NCBI GenBank assembly: GCA_029262005.1
Contig: JAJDAG010000017.1
Location: 13,473 to 77,472, forward strand
Origin: Candidatus Zhuqueibacterota bacterium
GTDB lineage: Bacteria; Zhuqueibacterota; Zhuqueibacteria; Oceanimicrobiales; Oceanimicrobiaceae
Direction: 5' to 3'
Length of the DNA stretch: 64,000 nucleotides
The translations under genes and the position numbers were made by a program. This document shows, in pieces, positions 41,372-51,903 of this stretch. The notes beneath the pieces were generated by a model. That model was not told where the DNA came from. It ran no database searches and worked only from the letters and a program-made list of their open reading frames with translations. How positions within the stretch are numbered: the first letter of the stretch is position 1; each line of letters opens with the position of its first letter.

Positions 41372-42229
41372 CTATTCTTTGTGACCATCGTAATAAAGTG
41401 CAGCGGCTCCTAATATCGCTATGTGTTCAAGTTCAGAGACCTCAATCTGCAGAGACTTAATTGAATTTGGATATGCAAAGGATTGTATTGACGCCCACAA
41501 AGCGTCCTTGAAAAACCGAAAGGCCTTTCGAACTGAGCCGCCAAATATAATTATCTCAGGGTCGTATGCATAAAGAATCGTTTTAATACCTTCCCCTAAA
41601 TGCCGTCCGAACTCTGCCCACGCTTTCAAAGCTTCTTCTTCATCTCGCACTGCTCGCTGAAAAAACTCCTTGCTTGTTTGCTTAAAATTCCTGGTGAAGA
41701 ACTGACCGCAACAGTAGTGCTCATAAATACTGTCCCTATAAGGCATCATGCCGAATTCTCCGGCGCCACAATTTATCCCCGCATAGGACTTGCCGTTGAC
41801 GATGACGCCGCCGCCGAACCCAGTTCCCAGGATAAGTCCAATTAGCGATTCATACTCTACACCCTTGCCGAAATATTTTTCACCGAGTGCAAAGCAATTC
41901 GCATCGTTATTCACAAACGTAGGAGTAGAATACTTTTCTTCCAATATGGACTTAATAGGCACTTTCTTCCAGGACGGTATATTCTGAACATCATAAACGA
42001 TGCCGTTTTTAATATCCACCACACTGGGGACACCAATGCCAATACCATCGAGGTTTTCAGGCTTGCTCTTATCTATTAATGCGCAAATCTGATCCAAAAC
42101 TTCATCCTCTGAACCTTTTGGATTTATTTTCACTGAGGACACCTCACCGAGCTGTTGATTGCGCACCAGGCCGACACGAACGTTAGTACCTCCTAAATCA
42201 ATTCCTAATATATTTTGCTCCTGCATCAC
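41372..42229 (-). CDS. ROK/BadF-type sugar kinase (putative GlcN/GlcNAc kinase)
   Basis: N-terminal ATPase motif ILGIDLGGTNVRVGLV and GTGFGGGVIVNG. Lacks the canonical ROK Cys-rich zinc motif. Confidence 0.65.
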   Translation of the reverse strand: MMQEQNILGIDLGGTNVRVGLVRNQQLGEVSSVKINPKGSEDEVLDQICALIDKSKPENLDGIGIGVPSVVDIKNGIVYDVQNIPSWKKVPIKSILEEKYSTPTFVNNDANCFALGEKYFGKGVEYESLIGLILGTGFGGGVIVNGKSYAGINCGAGEFGMMPYRDSIYEHYCCGQFFTRNFKQTSKEFFQRAVRDEEEALKAWAEFGRHLGEGIKTILYAYDPEIIIFGGSVRKAFRFFKDALWASIQSFAYPNSIKSLQIEVSELEHIAILGAAALYYDGHKE

Positions 42230-42307
42230 TGACTATCCCACAGATGAATATTCTTCTAAGAAATGTTTAAAATCGGCCTTTTGGCAATCGCGAGGCATTT
42301 TAGTATA

Positions 42308-43627
42308 CTATGCTGATTCCTTTTTACGAAGGTCGATTGTCTCATTCGTAATCAAGGGCTTAGCCCAGAAGCCGATGCTCATGATATAGCCCATGGCCAA
42401 ATACAGGAACAGCATTCCGTTTCTCAACCCAAAGATATCTCCAAGTCCACCAACAATTAACGGTAAAACAGCGCCGCCTATAATAGCGGTGACCAGAATT
42501 CCAGAAAAACTTCCGTGATGTTCTTCAACCGAATTGAGCGCCAGGGAAAATATAACCGGGTACATGACAGAGGAAAAAAAGCCAACCAAAGGAAAAGCAA
42601 TTAATGCGACCGAACCCGACATAAACAAGGCGGCAGTTAGGCTAACCATGGCTGCAATGGTAAATATCACAAGGACAATTTTGCTATCGAGCAATTTCAA
42701 CAATACGATACCCGCGATGCCACCAATAGTCATAGCTCCCCAGAACCATGCGACTGTTGTGGCGCCCGTGGTTTGTGGATCATAGCCATGATATTTATTG
42801 AGGAATTCAGATATCCAGTTTGCTACACCCTGCTCAAGCCCCACGTAAGTAAATATTCCAAGGAAAAATAAAATAACAGTTGGATTCTTAAGTAATTCAA
42901 GGTGAGTTTTTAAAGCGCCAACATGTTCGTCAGCTTTGCGCTCAACTTCAGGAATTTTTGAAACAAAAATGATTCCAACCATGAGCAGAGAAATAACAGC
43001 GAAAAGCCAATATAGGGATATCCAGGGTATATTTTCAGGAACGATCTTTGATAATGTCATGATCAAGATGTTTGAATCGGAAGATTCTTTCTCAAGATTG
43101 AGCACGAGATATGAATATACCAGAGGACTTATGAATGAGGCAGCGCCGAAAATCAATTGAGCTACTGTGGCATTAAATGCGAAGTGTTCCTCTCCCCCGG
43201 CTTCCCTCAACAAAGGATTAATAGCGACCTGCAACATGGCCATTCCAGAACCGATAAGAAACAGAGAAAAAACCGCAGTCAAATAACTTGGAAAGGCCGC
43301 CAAAATTAATGAGCCCAAAGACGCAATGGCGAAGGACGCAATCATGACGGGCTTTTCCTGGTATTTCTCAATGAGCAATCCCGCAGGAATCGACATAACG
43401 CCATAGGCGATAAAAAACGCGAACGGCAGCACAGCGACAAGGGTTAGGCTTAGCTCAAAATCATCTATAATCTCAGGAACGAGCGGACCAATGATGTTTG
43501 TTAAGAACGAAATAACAAAAAAGGTGAGAAAAATGAGACCGACGACAAAATAGCTTCTTCGAATTGGAATATCCTCCTTTTGGGTGAAATGCGAGGGCCC
43601 TATGGTGAGACTGTGGTACAAATACAA
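42308..43627 (-). CDS. MFS sugar permease (GluP/FucP/NagP-like)
   Basis: 439 aa, 12 predicted TM helices, 6+6 arrangement with a central loop. Sugar-porter-like motifs. Confidence 0.8.
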   Translation of the reverse strand: MYLYHSLTIGPSHFTQKEDIPIRRSYFVVGLIFLTFFVISFLTNIIGPLVPEIIDDFELSLTLVAVLPFAFFIAYGVMSIPAGLLIEKYQEKPVMIASFAIASLGSLILAAFPSYLTAVFSLFLIGSGMAMLQVAINPLLREAGGEEHFAFNATVAQLIFGAASFISPLVYSYLVLNLEKESSDSNILIMTLSKIVPENIPWISLYWLFAVISLLMVGIIFVSKIPEVERKADEHVGALKTHLELLKNPTVILFFLGIFTYVGLEQGVANWISEFLNKYHGYDPQTTGATTVAWFWGAMTIGGIAGIVLLKLLDSKIVLVIFTIAAMVSLTAALFMSGSVALIAFPLVGFFSSVMYPVIFSLALNSVEEHHGSFSGILVTAIIGGAVLPLIVGGLGDIFGLRNGMLFLYLAMGYIMSIGFWAKPLITNETIDLRKKESA

Positions 43628-43648
43628 GTTTGTCCATCGTTTTGGAAT

Positions 43649-44557
43649 TTACTTCAACATGGGGAATAACCTCTTGATTTCTTCGTCACTGGGCTGCTTA
43701 CCGTACTCGCATATTTCAAATGCTTCGGCATATTTTACATCAGTGGCTTTGTGAGTTCCGTACCATTTTTCAAGCGAGTCCCGGAGTTCAGGTGAGATAG
43801 AGGAACCCTGGTAGACCCCGAACACCTCCTTTAACCATTTCTTGCGGTCGGCAGCGCCTTCAGGTACTTCATCCGCTCTTCCCACTGTCCATGGCATCCA
43901 TTCATAAAACTGGGAAACGTGCGCATCCAGGCCAGCCATCTTTTTATCAACGGTTTTGTCGATAGCTACTGCTATGTCGGGTCGAAATGGATTCGGCCGC
44001 TGGAAACGATCGCTGAAATAAAGAAAAATCGGATTTTTTTTCAACGGCGGTGTATCCGGCGTGACATTCGGCACGATTACCAGATAGGCGGCATCCTGGA
44101 CCAACTCGCCCGTATAACGGTGGTCCGGATGGTAGTCATTCGGACGAGGAGAAAGCACAACGTCAGCATTCCACTTCCGGATTTCCCGTATGATCTGATG
44201 CCTGACTTTCAGACTGGGTACCAACTCAGCATCATGATTGTCTAAAGTAACATATTCGTCGATGCCTAAACGATGGGCGGATTCTTGGGCTTCGGCACGT
44301 CTGCGCCTGGCGAGGGCGCCACCGCCTTCTGTTTGGTGTCCGGCATCCCCATTGGTGACAGACACAAACTTCACCGCGTGCCCCATTTCGGCAAAAAGGG
44401 CGGCGGTGCCGCCAAACTTTGCATCGCAGTCGTCCGGGTGAGCTCCAATAGCTATGATTCGAAGCTTCCCACCATCCGTACCCGAACTTTGTGCGAATGA
44501 TAAAATGGTACTTAAAAGTATTGATGTAAGAACTAATAACTGCTTCATGGTATGCAC
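43649..44557 (-). CDS. PIG-L/LmbE-family N-acetylglucosaminyl deacetylase with signal peptide (periplasmic)
   Basis: Signal peptide MHTMKQLLVLTSILLSTILSFAQS. Zinc-binding motif IIAIGAHPDDCDAKFGGT and HPDH downstream. Confidence 0.75.
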   Translation of the reverse strand: MHTMKQLLVLTSILLSTILSFAQSSGTDGGKLRIIAIGAHPDDCDAKFGGTAALFAEMGHAVKFVSVTNGDAGHQTEGGGALARRRRAEAQESAHRLGIDEYVTLDNHDAELVPSLKVRHQIIREIRKWNADVVLSPRPNDYHPDHRYTGELVQDAAYLVIVPNVTPDTPPLKKNPIFLYFSDRFQRPNPFRPDIAVAIDKTVDKKMAGLDAHVSQFYEWMPWTVGRADEVPEGAADRKKWLKEVFGVYQGSSISPELRDSLEKWYGTHKATDVKYAEAFEICEYGKQPSDEEIKRLFPMLK

Positions 44558-44581
44558 TCTCCCACGTGTACAAAATAAAAA

Positions 44582-45556
44582 TTATTTTCGACCACTACCG
44601 ATTCCATCGGGCGCGCCTTTGTAATAGCGAAATCCTTCCATTGGTTTGCCGTCCCGCATTGGAATTTTTTTCATTCTCTCCAGAAACTTCTTGCGATCTT
44701 CTGGTTTTAGATCATCGGGACTAGGACCTGTGTAGTTGTTCCACGCTGCACTCATCTGACTTATATGCTGTGAACGCGCCTTTATTTTTTTCTCCTCGTG
44801 TCCGGTGATATCAACCCAGGTGTTAATATCTTTTTCAACGCCGCCATAAAACATATATTCCGGAATGGCATGGGCTTCGAGACCTTCATGGATGATTTGT
44901 GCAGGGAAAATTAAACGCCACTCAGCGGCACGTGCAGCATCCACCGACAGATAAGATGCCGCGCGGTGATCAGTCTTATGCCAGCGCACATAACCATGTC
45001 CCGGATCCCATGAGAACAGCACATCCGGCTTAATTTTTCGATAATGCCAGACCAGCCGCTGCACAACTTCTTCTTTGTCGGCAAACTCAACCATGCCATC
45101 GGTGTACCCAAGATTGATATAATGATCTGCCGGAATACCTAATTCAGCAAGCGCGTTGAGTTCTTCCTGACGCCGAATTTTGGACAGTCTGTCCCGGGTC
45201 ATGGTCGGGTCCTTAGTGCCCACATTACCGGTGGTCAGAAGAAGCACGTAGACTTCGTTGCCATTTTCTTGAAGGAGGGAGAGTGTCCCATATCTTCCGG
45301 CATCATCATCGGGATGAGCTCCAACCAATAGTATGGTCTTGCCTGTCCACTGTTCAACTGGCACCTCAGGTTGTCCAATAACCAGAACCGGCACCAAGAG
45401 AAATGCAGCCAACCAAGCTGTGACAAGTTTTGCACTACGCATAACATCTCCTATTCCTTTAATAATAACATCTGTTTTTTGTTCATCAAAAATGTAAATG
45501 TGACTGGCTCCAGTTATTTTCAAAACATAGAAATACCGGAGCCAGTCACAGCTCAC
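44582..45556 (-). CDS. Second PIG-L/LmbE-family deacetylase, secreted. The likely true start is the MRSAK Met near 45445.
   Basis: Signal-like LVTAWLAAFLLVPVLVIG. ILLVGAHPDDDAGRYGT zinc motif and a later HxxH region. Confidence 0.7.
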   Translation of the reverse strand: MSCDWLRYFYVLKITGASHIYIFDEQKTDVIIKGIGDVMRSAKLVTAWLAAFLLVPVLVIGQPEVPVEQWTGKTILLVGAHPDDDAGRYGTLSLLQENGNEVYVLLLTTGNVGTKDPTMTRDRLSKIRRQEELNALAELGIPADHYINLGYTDGMVEFADKEEVVQRLVWHYRKIKPDVLFSWDPGHGYVRWHKTDHRAASYLSVDAARAAEWRLIFPAQIIHEGLEAHAIPEYMFYGGVEKDINTWVDITGHEEKKIKARSQHISQMSAAWNNYTGPSPDDLKPEDRKKFLERMKKIPMRDGKPMEGFRYYKGAPDGIGSGRK

Positions 45557-45570
45557 AAAATCCGCGTTCT

Positions 45571-47019
45571 CTAATAGCCAGGATTTTGTGTCAGGCCTAA
45601 ATCTACCTCTCTTTGAGGGATAGGAAACAATAAATTGTTGGCGCCAGGCTGCGGAAATCCTTCAGCCGTCATGTGAGACTGCATCACTTCCAGAGCTCTT
45701 CCAAACCGCAGCAGGTCATACCAGCGGTGATTTTCAAAGGCCAGTTCTATTCTCCTTTCGTGGAGTAATTTGTCTTCGAACGATCCAGGCGTACTGGCGT
45801 CAATATCAGCCAGGCCGGCACGACTCCTCAGTTGATTTATCAAACCGTAGGCCTCTCCACCCTCACCAATAGCCTCCGCGAGCATAAGCAATACATCAGC
45901 ATAACGGAATACGGTGAAATTGTTATTGGCGTCATTATCGCCCGATGGCACACTCAAGTATTTCTTGATATACCTGGCATTTTGTGTAGCGCCGACCGCA
46001 TCCACGTAAGTCGTATCCATCGAGACAAAAAAGCGCGTATCATCCGGTTCATAAGCGTCAAGCATACTAAGGGTAGGCCTGTTGCGACCGCCGCTATCAA
46101 ATCCACCCACCAAATTCGAACTCGGCGAGAAGGATTGGCTATATCCGCTGCCCTCGCCAAATCCGCCGGACTTGAACTGGACCTCAAAGATAGATTCCGC
46201 ATTCAATTCATTTGCCGAGCCCCACAGGTCTGCATAACCGGATACCAATTGAAATGCACCGCTGTTAACAACTTCACGCAGAACAGATGCAGCAGAAGCC
46301 GAGTTCCCGGCAGTCAGGTACACCTTGGCTAACAAAGTTAGAGCTGCTCCCTTTGTCGCTTTGCCGCCAACTGTTGACGGGTGCACCTCGGGAAGTTTAC
46401 TTGCCGCATCAGTTAAATCAGTAATCAATTGCTCCAAAACGGTTGCAGCGGGAACCTGCGAGATCTGCTCAGAGACTGAAACAGTTTCGGTGATCGGCAT
46501 AGGAATATTTCCGAACAGCAGGGCTAAGTTATAATAAAGTAAAGATCTCAGAAAAAGCGCCTCCCCGGTAAAGCGATCTTTGTTTGGATTGATTCCAAAA
46601 TCTACATCGCCGATACGGGAGAGAACCGTGTTGGCCCTGGCAATCCCCGAGTAGGAGCCGACCCAGGCACCAAGGACAATTTCGTTTAAGGCGTCCTCTG
46701 TAAACTGGTTGATGACGGCTACCTGGAAAGAGAGGCCTGTCACATCGGCTCCCTGATCCGTGTTGTCCGATCTCATTTCCGTAAGCATCCAATAGCCACC
46801 TGTACCACCTGTGGCAACTGCACCGGTGGTTCCGTAGGTACCCCCGCCTTGTAAAGCATCGTAGATGCCGTTTACCGCAATCTCAATATCTGTTGCTGTA
46901 TTATAAAAATTTTCAACATTTCTTTCCGAATGCGGCGCCAATGACGTGAAATCATTGGAACACGACAATATAAATAATAATGAGAGCAGTAGGGATGCTG
47001 GAATTATTTTCTTCCTCAT
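45571..47019 (-). CDS. susD: SusD/RagB-family outer-membrane nutrient-binding lipoprotein
   Basis: Lipoprotein signal LLLSLLFILSCSNDF. SusD-like TPR helices (AVNGIYDALQ, RSLLYYNLALLFGNIPM). C-terminal region ends LTQNPGY. Confidence 0.85.
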   Translation of the reverse strand: MRKKIIPASLLLSLLFILSCSNDFTSLAPHSERNVENFYNTATDIEIAVNGIYDALQGGGTYGTTGAVATGGTGGYWMLTEMRSDNTDQGADVTGLSFQVAVINQFTEDALNEIVLGAWVGSYSGIARANTVLSRIGDVDFGINPNKDRFTGEALFLRSLLYYNLALLFGNIPMPITETVSVSEQISQVPAATVLEQLITDLTDAASKLPEVHPSTVGGKATKGAALTLLAKVYLTAGNSASAASVLREVVNSGAFQLVSGYADLWGSANELNAESIFEVQFKSGGFGEGSGYSQSFSPSSNLVGGFDSGGRNRPTLSMLDAYEPDDTRFFVSMDTTYVDAVGATQNARYIKKYLSVPSGDNDANNNFTVFRYADVLLMLAEAIGEGGEAYGLINQLRSRAGLADIDASTPGSFEDKLLHERRIELAFENHRWYDLLRFGRALEVMQSHMTAEGFPQPGANNLLFPIPQREVDLGLTQNPGY

Positions 47020-47051
47020 TTTGAGTTCCTCTCTGTTTTTTATGTTAGTTT

Positions 47052-50000
47052 TTAGAAGGTAATGTTAGTCCCTACTATCCAGGTTTTTGTCAGTGGGTAG
47101 GCTCCATAATCTTCTCCCTGAACGAGCATGTTTTGTGACTGAAGACTGACTTCTGGGTTAAACCCGATGTAGTCCGTAAGCGTAAAAAGATTTTTGCCGG
47201 TTATGTAGATTCTCACACCCTGAGCAACTCTGCTGGTCAAGGAGCGCGGAAGTCTGTACCCAATAGTAAGGTTTCTCAAGCGGAAATATGAACCATCCTC
47301 AACCTGATATGAAGACGGTCTATTGTTATTACCCTGCAACCCGGTTTGGCGATCGGCCCTGGGAGTTTGACCATTTCCGGGCTCTTCTGCAGAACGCCAG
47401 CGCTCATTAAGAATACCATAACTGTTAAAATTGGCCTCACCGTTTTTCATATGCCGGGCGGTAAGATTCATTATTTCCCGACCCTCAACGCCTTGGAAGA
47501 AGATACTCAGATCAAAGTTTTTGTAATGAAACCTGTTGGTAATCCCATAAATAAAATCGGGATGATAACTACCGGTAATCGTTCTGTCGTCGGTATTTAT
47601 GATGCCATCACCGTTGATGTCCTTGAATCTAAAATCACCGGGTTTGGGATCGGGTGCATTGGCATCCTGAGGTGCATTAGCAATATCCGCCTCTGACTGA
47701 TAGATACCGTCAACGACCCAGCCATAATAGCTGCCAAGCTCTTCCCCAACCTGAGTGATGTGCCTGATGCCGGCACCGCCAGCAGCCAGGATAGGTTCAT
47801 CTCCCGGGCCTAATTCAAGAACCTTGTTGTCATTAGCTGCGAAATTAAACTCGGTGGACCATTGGAATGCTCCAACCATGTTCCTTGAAGTAAGTGAGAG
47901 TTCGAAGCCTTTATTTTGCACCCTGCCAATGTTCTGCAAAGCGTTCGTAAAACCGGTTGCCGACTGCACCCCTACTTGAAGAAGCAAATCCTCAGTTTTA
48001 CTATTGTACCAATCGAAAGTACCATAAATTCTGTCTTCCAACAGCGCATAGTCGATTCCAAGATCAACTTGTTTTGTTGTCTCCCAGCCCAGTTTTTCAT
48101 TACTGATTGTTGCCGGGAATACAGCGCTAACAGGCTGATCATCGTCAATGTAGAGCTCTTGACCCAATAAGCCGATGGCCCCATAATTAGGAATCAGGAA
48201 GTTACCGGTCTCACCATAACTCGCTCTCAATTTAAATTCACTCAGGAAGCTAAGCTTCTCCTTCACAAACTCTTCTTGGGCCATTCGCCAGGCCACTGAA
48301 AATGAAGGGAATATGCCCGTTTGATTTCCCGGCCCAAATCTGGATGACTTATCTGAACGAATCGTAGCGGTCAATAGATATTTGTATTTGTAATTATAGT
48401 TAATTCGTGCCAACAAGGACACTAGAGACCATTCCTCTTTAACGCTGTTTCCATCCGTAACCAAGCCACCGGAAAGGGTCTGTACCTGATCATCCGGGAA
48501 GTTGCGAGCTATCACGGTATTTGTTTGACTCACGTCTTTCTGTGCAGTATAACCTAAAAGGGCTGTCAAATTATGAGCGTCCCTCACAACTTTTTTATAA
48601 TTTAGTGTATTTTCCCAAACCCAGTTAGTTCTCGTTGCCGAACTACTTTGGGCATAAGGGTCGCCTGTTGTTGCTGTTCTGTACAACAGACTATTGCCCC
48701 TGAAGAAAGAACCTTGAAAATTGTCTAGATCGACGCCAAACATCGATCTAAAAGTAAGATCTTTGACGAGAGAAATATCTGTGTAAATATTACCGAATGT
48801 TCTATGGTTGGCCAGACTTTCGTCAATACCGTCAATGATAGCTAATGGATTGCTGGCGGATGTGGTACCGCCGTCCAGAAAGGACTGAGCGCCATCGGCC
48901 GCACGCTGGTTGGGCCTGCCAAGATCATCAAAAGGCTTTACGACCGGAGAATGTACCATTGCCGAATAGACGATACCGGGAGGTCTGCCAAAATACGGCG
49001 CATTTGCAGGGACTCTATCGTTTTCAGTAAAAGCAGCATTAATGTTAGCGCCAAATGTTATGGATTCATTTAAATCGCCAACAAAACGCGCGCTTAAGGT
49101 GTATCTCTTAAATTGAGAATTTTCTATAATTCCATCTTGCTTTAGGTAGCCGCCGGAGATGTAATATGAACTATTTTGACCGCCACCCGTGACTGACACA
49201 TTAGAATTCGTAATTGGCGTAGAACTGAAGATAAGATCAAGCCAATCCGTATCCGTTCCATCCCAATTGACATATTGATCAGGCATCGTAAAATTGCCGG
49301 ATAAACCAGCACGCCCGTCATTGTTAGCCGGATTATAATTGGGGTTGTAATTAGCGCTACTCGGATTCAGAGGGTCCAAGTTGTCAATGTAATTGTTATT
49401 CCTGGCATCTTGTGTATAGGCTATTAATTCCTCAGCATTCATCATATCAGGCTGGTTTGCAACCGACTGAGTTCCCGTGTAGGCATCAAACCTGATGGTT
49501 GGCTTGCCGCCGCGCTTTCCTTTCTTGGTTGTAATCAGAACCACACCGTTGGATCCCCTTGAACCGTAAATAGCGGCGGCTGAGGCATCTTTCAAGATCT
49601 CAATGGATTCAATATCGGCTGGGTTTAACGCGGCCAGCGGATTTGTTGCCGGTGGCTTAAAGGCGGCACGACGCCGAAATAAAGTGCCCTGAAGATTCAA
49701 ATTTTTGGAAATCGGCAACCCATCGAGAACATACAATGGATCGTTTCCAGCGCTGATTGAGCCTGTTCCTCTTATTCGAATATTAGGTTCACCACCCGGT
49801 TCACCGGTATTTTCCTGAACATCAACACCCGATAGTTGGCCCTGGATAGCCTGCTCAAAACTAAGAACCGGGATATCTCTCAATGTCGCTGCCGAGATTC
49901 GAGAAACCGAACCCGTAACCTCTCTCCGTTGCTGAGTACCATACCCAACGACCGTCACCTCTTCCCCGCGAAGGACCTCGGAGGCCATGAACATATCGAT

Positions 50001-50630
50001 CTCACCACGACCACCGACGACAATTTCCTGACTCTTATACCCGACATATGTAAACACCAGGATGTCTTGCGGCGAGATATTTTCCAACTGATACTTGCCA
50101 TCGCTATCAGTAGTGGTCCCCGTCTGGGTGCCCTTCACCACAATATTTAGTCCTGGCAGCGGGGACCTGTCATCTTCGTCAACAACTCGCCCGGTAACCC
50201 GATGTGTCTGGACAATTACGCTAGTCGGTTCAGGGCCGGCAGCCGGCTCTATCTGCTGAAGAACCACAGTCCTGGTACCAACTTTTTTGTAGCCAATCGG
50301 ATGTTCGCCCAGAGTCGCTTCCAGGGCTTCTTGAAATTTTTTAGAAGAAGATGCCAACAGTGGCGCGGTTCGCCCGTTAACAACTTCATCATCATAAACG
50401 ATATAGACACCATAGGTTTCTTCGAGCTTGGACAGCGCCGCTCCCAAAGTCACGGATTGCCAGGCTGCCTGGTTTAAAAGCAGCCGATCAACAGTCTTGG
50501 ACGCCAGTTGTTGGGCCAGACTGTTCGTTGCAAGCATTCCAAGCACAACCACAAGGCATACAGTAATAAAGCGTCGCATAATTCTTCCTCCATTAGTAAT
50601 TACGGCACAGCATGTTAAGTAAAAAGTCAC
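47052..50630 (-). CDS. susC: SusC-like TonB-dependent transducer with an N-terminal STN signalling domain and a carboxypeptidase-regulatory-like domain. The true start is probably MRRFITV near 50579.
   Basis: STN-like N-terminal extension (SVTLGAALSKLEETYGVYIVYDDEVV). CarbopepD_reg_2 block (VTGRVVDEDDRSPLPGLNIVVKGTQTGTTTDSDGKYQL). Plug, 22-strand barrel, C-terminal TonB-receptor ending NITF. Confidence 0.9.
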   Translation of the reverse strand: MTFYLTCCAVITNGGRIMRRFITVCLVVVLGMLATNSLAQQLASKTVDRLLLNQAAWQSVTLGAALSKLEETYGVYIVYDDEVVNGRTAPLLASSSKKFQEALEATLGEHPIGYKKVGTRTVVLQQIEPAAGPEPTSVIVQTHRVTGRVVDEDDRSPLPGLNIVVKGTQTGTTTDSDGKYQLENISPQDILVFTYVGYKSQEIVVGGRGEIDMFMASEVLRGEEVTVVGYGTQQRREVTGSVSRISAATLRDIPVLSFEQAIQGQLSGVDVQENTGEPGGEPNIRIRGTGSISAGNDPLYVLDGLPISKNLNLQGTLFRRRAAFKPPATNPLAALNPADIESIEILKDASAAAIYGSRGSNGVVLITTKKGKRGGKPTIRFDAYTGTQSVANQPDMMNAEELIAYTQDARNNNYIDNLDPLNPSSANYNPNYNPANNDGRAGLSGNFTMPDQYVNWDGTDTDWLDLIFSSTPITNSNVSVTGGGQNSSYYISGGYLKQDGIIENSQFKRYTLSARFVGDLNESITFGANINAAFTENDRVPANAPYFGRPPGIVYSAMVHSPVVKPFDDLGRPNQRAADGAQSFLDGGTTSASNPLAIIDGIDESLANHRTFGNIYTDISLVKDLTFRSMFGVDLDNFQGSFFRGNSLLYRTATTGDPYAQSSSATRTNWVWENTLNYKKVVRDAHNLTALLGYTAQKDVSQTNTVIARNFPDDQVQTLSGGLVTDGNSVKEEWSLVSLLARINYNYKYKYLLTATIRSDKSSRFGPGNQTGIFPSFSVAWRMAQEEFVKEKLSFLSEFKLRASYGETGNFLIPNYGAIGLLGQELYIDDDQPVSAVFPATISNEKLGWETTKQVDLGIDYALLEDRIYGTFDWYNSKTEDLLLQVGVQSATGFTNALQNIGRVQNKGFELSLTSRNMVGAFQWSTEFNFAANDNKVLELGPGDEPILAAGGAGIRHITQVGEELGSYYGWVVDGIYQSEADIANAPQDANAPDPKPGDFRFKDINGDGIINTDDRTITGSYHPDFIYGITNRFHYKNFDLSIFFQGVEGREIMNLTARHMKNGEANFNSYGILNERWRSAEEPGNGQTPRADRQTGLQGNNNRPSSYQVEDGSYFRLRNLTIGYRLPRSLTSRVAQGVRIYITGKNLFTLTDYIGFNPEVSLQSQNMLVQGEDYGAYPLTKTWIVGTNITF

Positions 50631-50654
50631 TCTCTCCTTTAATTACAATTCAGG

Positions 50655-51758
50655 TTAAAATAAACTCTCGCCCTCCCCAAAAGTAATGAGAGCACCTTCT
50701 CGTCGAACCGGAATCTTCATGGCGTTTGCAAGTGCATCCGTAACAACGATCAAATTTTGATTTTCGATAGAGCCGGATAACGTTCTTTGTAGCAGCCGTT
50801 TGTCCGAAACTTTTACCCTAACGCCATACGTTTCTTCCAGGCGCGTCAAAATTTCTTTAAACGGAGTTTGTTCAAAAATCATTGAGTTCTTCCACCAGGT
50901 GACAAACGGATTGATATTCACCGAAACAGGCTTCAGCATTTGTTTTCCTTTTTTAAATTGCAGCAGGTCCCCTGGCGTTAGCTGAATTTTTGTGAGGGAA
51001 TTCAAATCCACGAGCCTGTCGTCACCCGAAGCAACTTCAACACCGCCTTCTTCAACAACTACACGCGTGCCGCTGCCGCGTTCATAAACTGCAAAGCGCG
51101 TACCGTTAACCGTAATCGTGCCATCCGCTGTATGCACGATGAACTTATCCCGCGGTACATCCAAACTTTTGGAGACTGCAAAATAAGCTTCACCCTTCAA
51201 TTCAAATCGATGCGCTGAAGATTGTGGCCACACTGCCGGATATCGTAAAGTTGAATTGGCATTTAATACAATTTTAGTTCCTTCAGGTAGCCTGATCGTA
51301 GCCCGTTGACCATATTCCGTTGAAATGAGTTGATAGCTTTCTCGCTCTGCAAGCTTTGCTTCTTTTTGCGAAGTATCAAACCAAATAATGACAGCTATCA
51401 GGAAAGTCGCAGCAAATGCTACTGCAGCAAATCGTCTCCAGCTATCATATCTCCGACGCTGAGGGGAAAGCCTGGTCTGAGTAGAAAAAGTTTGAACAGC
51501 TTCCTCTGTGTTTTTGTCGAGTTTCAATCTTTCCTTCAATTTGTTCCACTGTGAATCTATTGCTGGGCCTTCTGCGACGTTGAATTTCATAGATTCCATA
51601 AATTGCATCGCTTTCAAATAAAGCCTTTTATTCTCCGTGGAGCAATTTCGCCATGTATCCCATTTCTTCTGCTCCGATGGAGTCGCCCTCCCCAAAAGCC
51701 AGTCATGAAATGATTCGTCCAAGAGTAAAGAGATAAGGTCTTCCATACCTTGCATCAT
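50655..51758 (-). CDS. FecR-family anti-sigma factor (trans-envelope signalling partner of the SusC-like transducer)
   Basis: Single TM segment (AAVAFAATFLIAVIIW). FecR domain (VNGTRFAVYERGSGTRVVVEEGGVEV). C-terminal DUF4974-like region. Confidence 0.8.
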   Translation of the reverse strand: MMQGMEDLISLLLDESFHDWLLGRATPSEQKKWDTWRNCSTENKRLYLKAMQFMESMKFNVAEGPAIDSQWNKLKERLKLDKNTEEAVQTFSTQTRLSPQRRRYDSWRRFAAVAFAATFLIAVIIWFDTSQKEAKLAERESYQLISTEYGQRATIRLPEGTKIVLNANSTLRYPAVWPQSSAHRFELKGEAYFAVSKSLDVPRDKFIVHTADGTITVNGTRFAVYERGSGTRVVVEEGGVEVASGDDRLVDLNSLTKIQLTPGDLLQFKKGKQMLKPVSVNINPFVTWWKNSMIFEQTPFKEILTRLEETYGVRVKVSDKRLLQRTLSGSIENQNLIVVTDALANAMKIPVRREGALITFGEGESLF

Positions 51759-51903
51759 AGATTGTTTTCTTAAGTGTTTGTTAAATGATAGAATTGCAGT
51801 GCTTTATACTAAGAGAGAGATTAAATAAGAAAGTGTAATGGTCTTTTTTTAAAAAAAAGAAACATATGTAATGAGAATGAGAAGGTAGGATAGCTTGATG
51901 AGA

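Noticed and set aside
45832-46332. 166-aa plus-strand ORF
   Set aside because: Antisense to susD.
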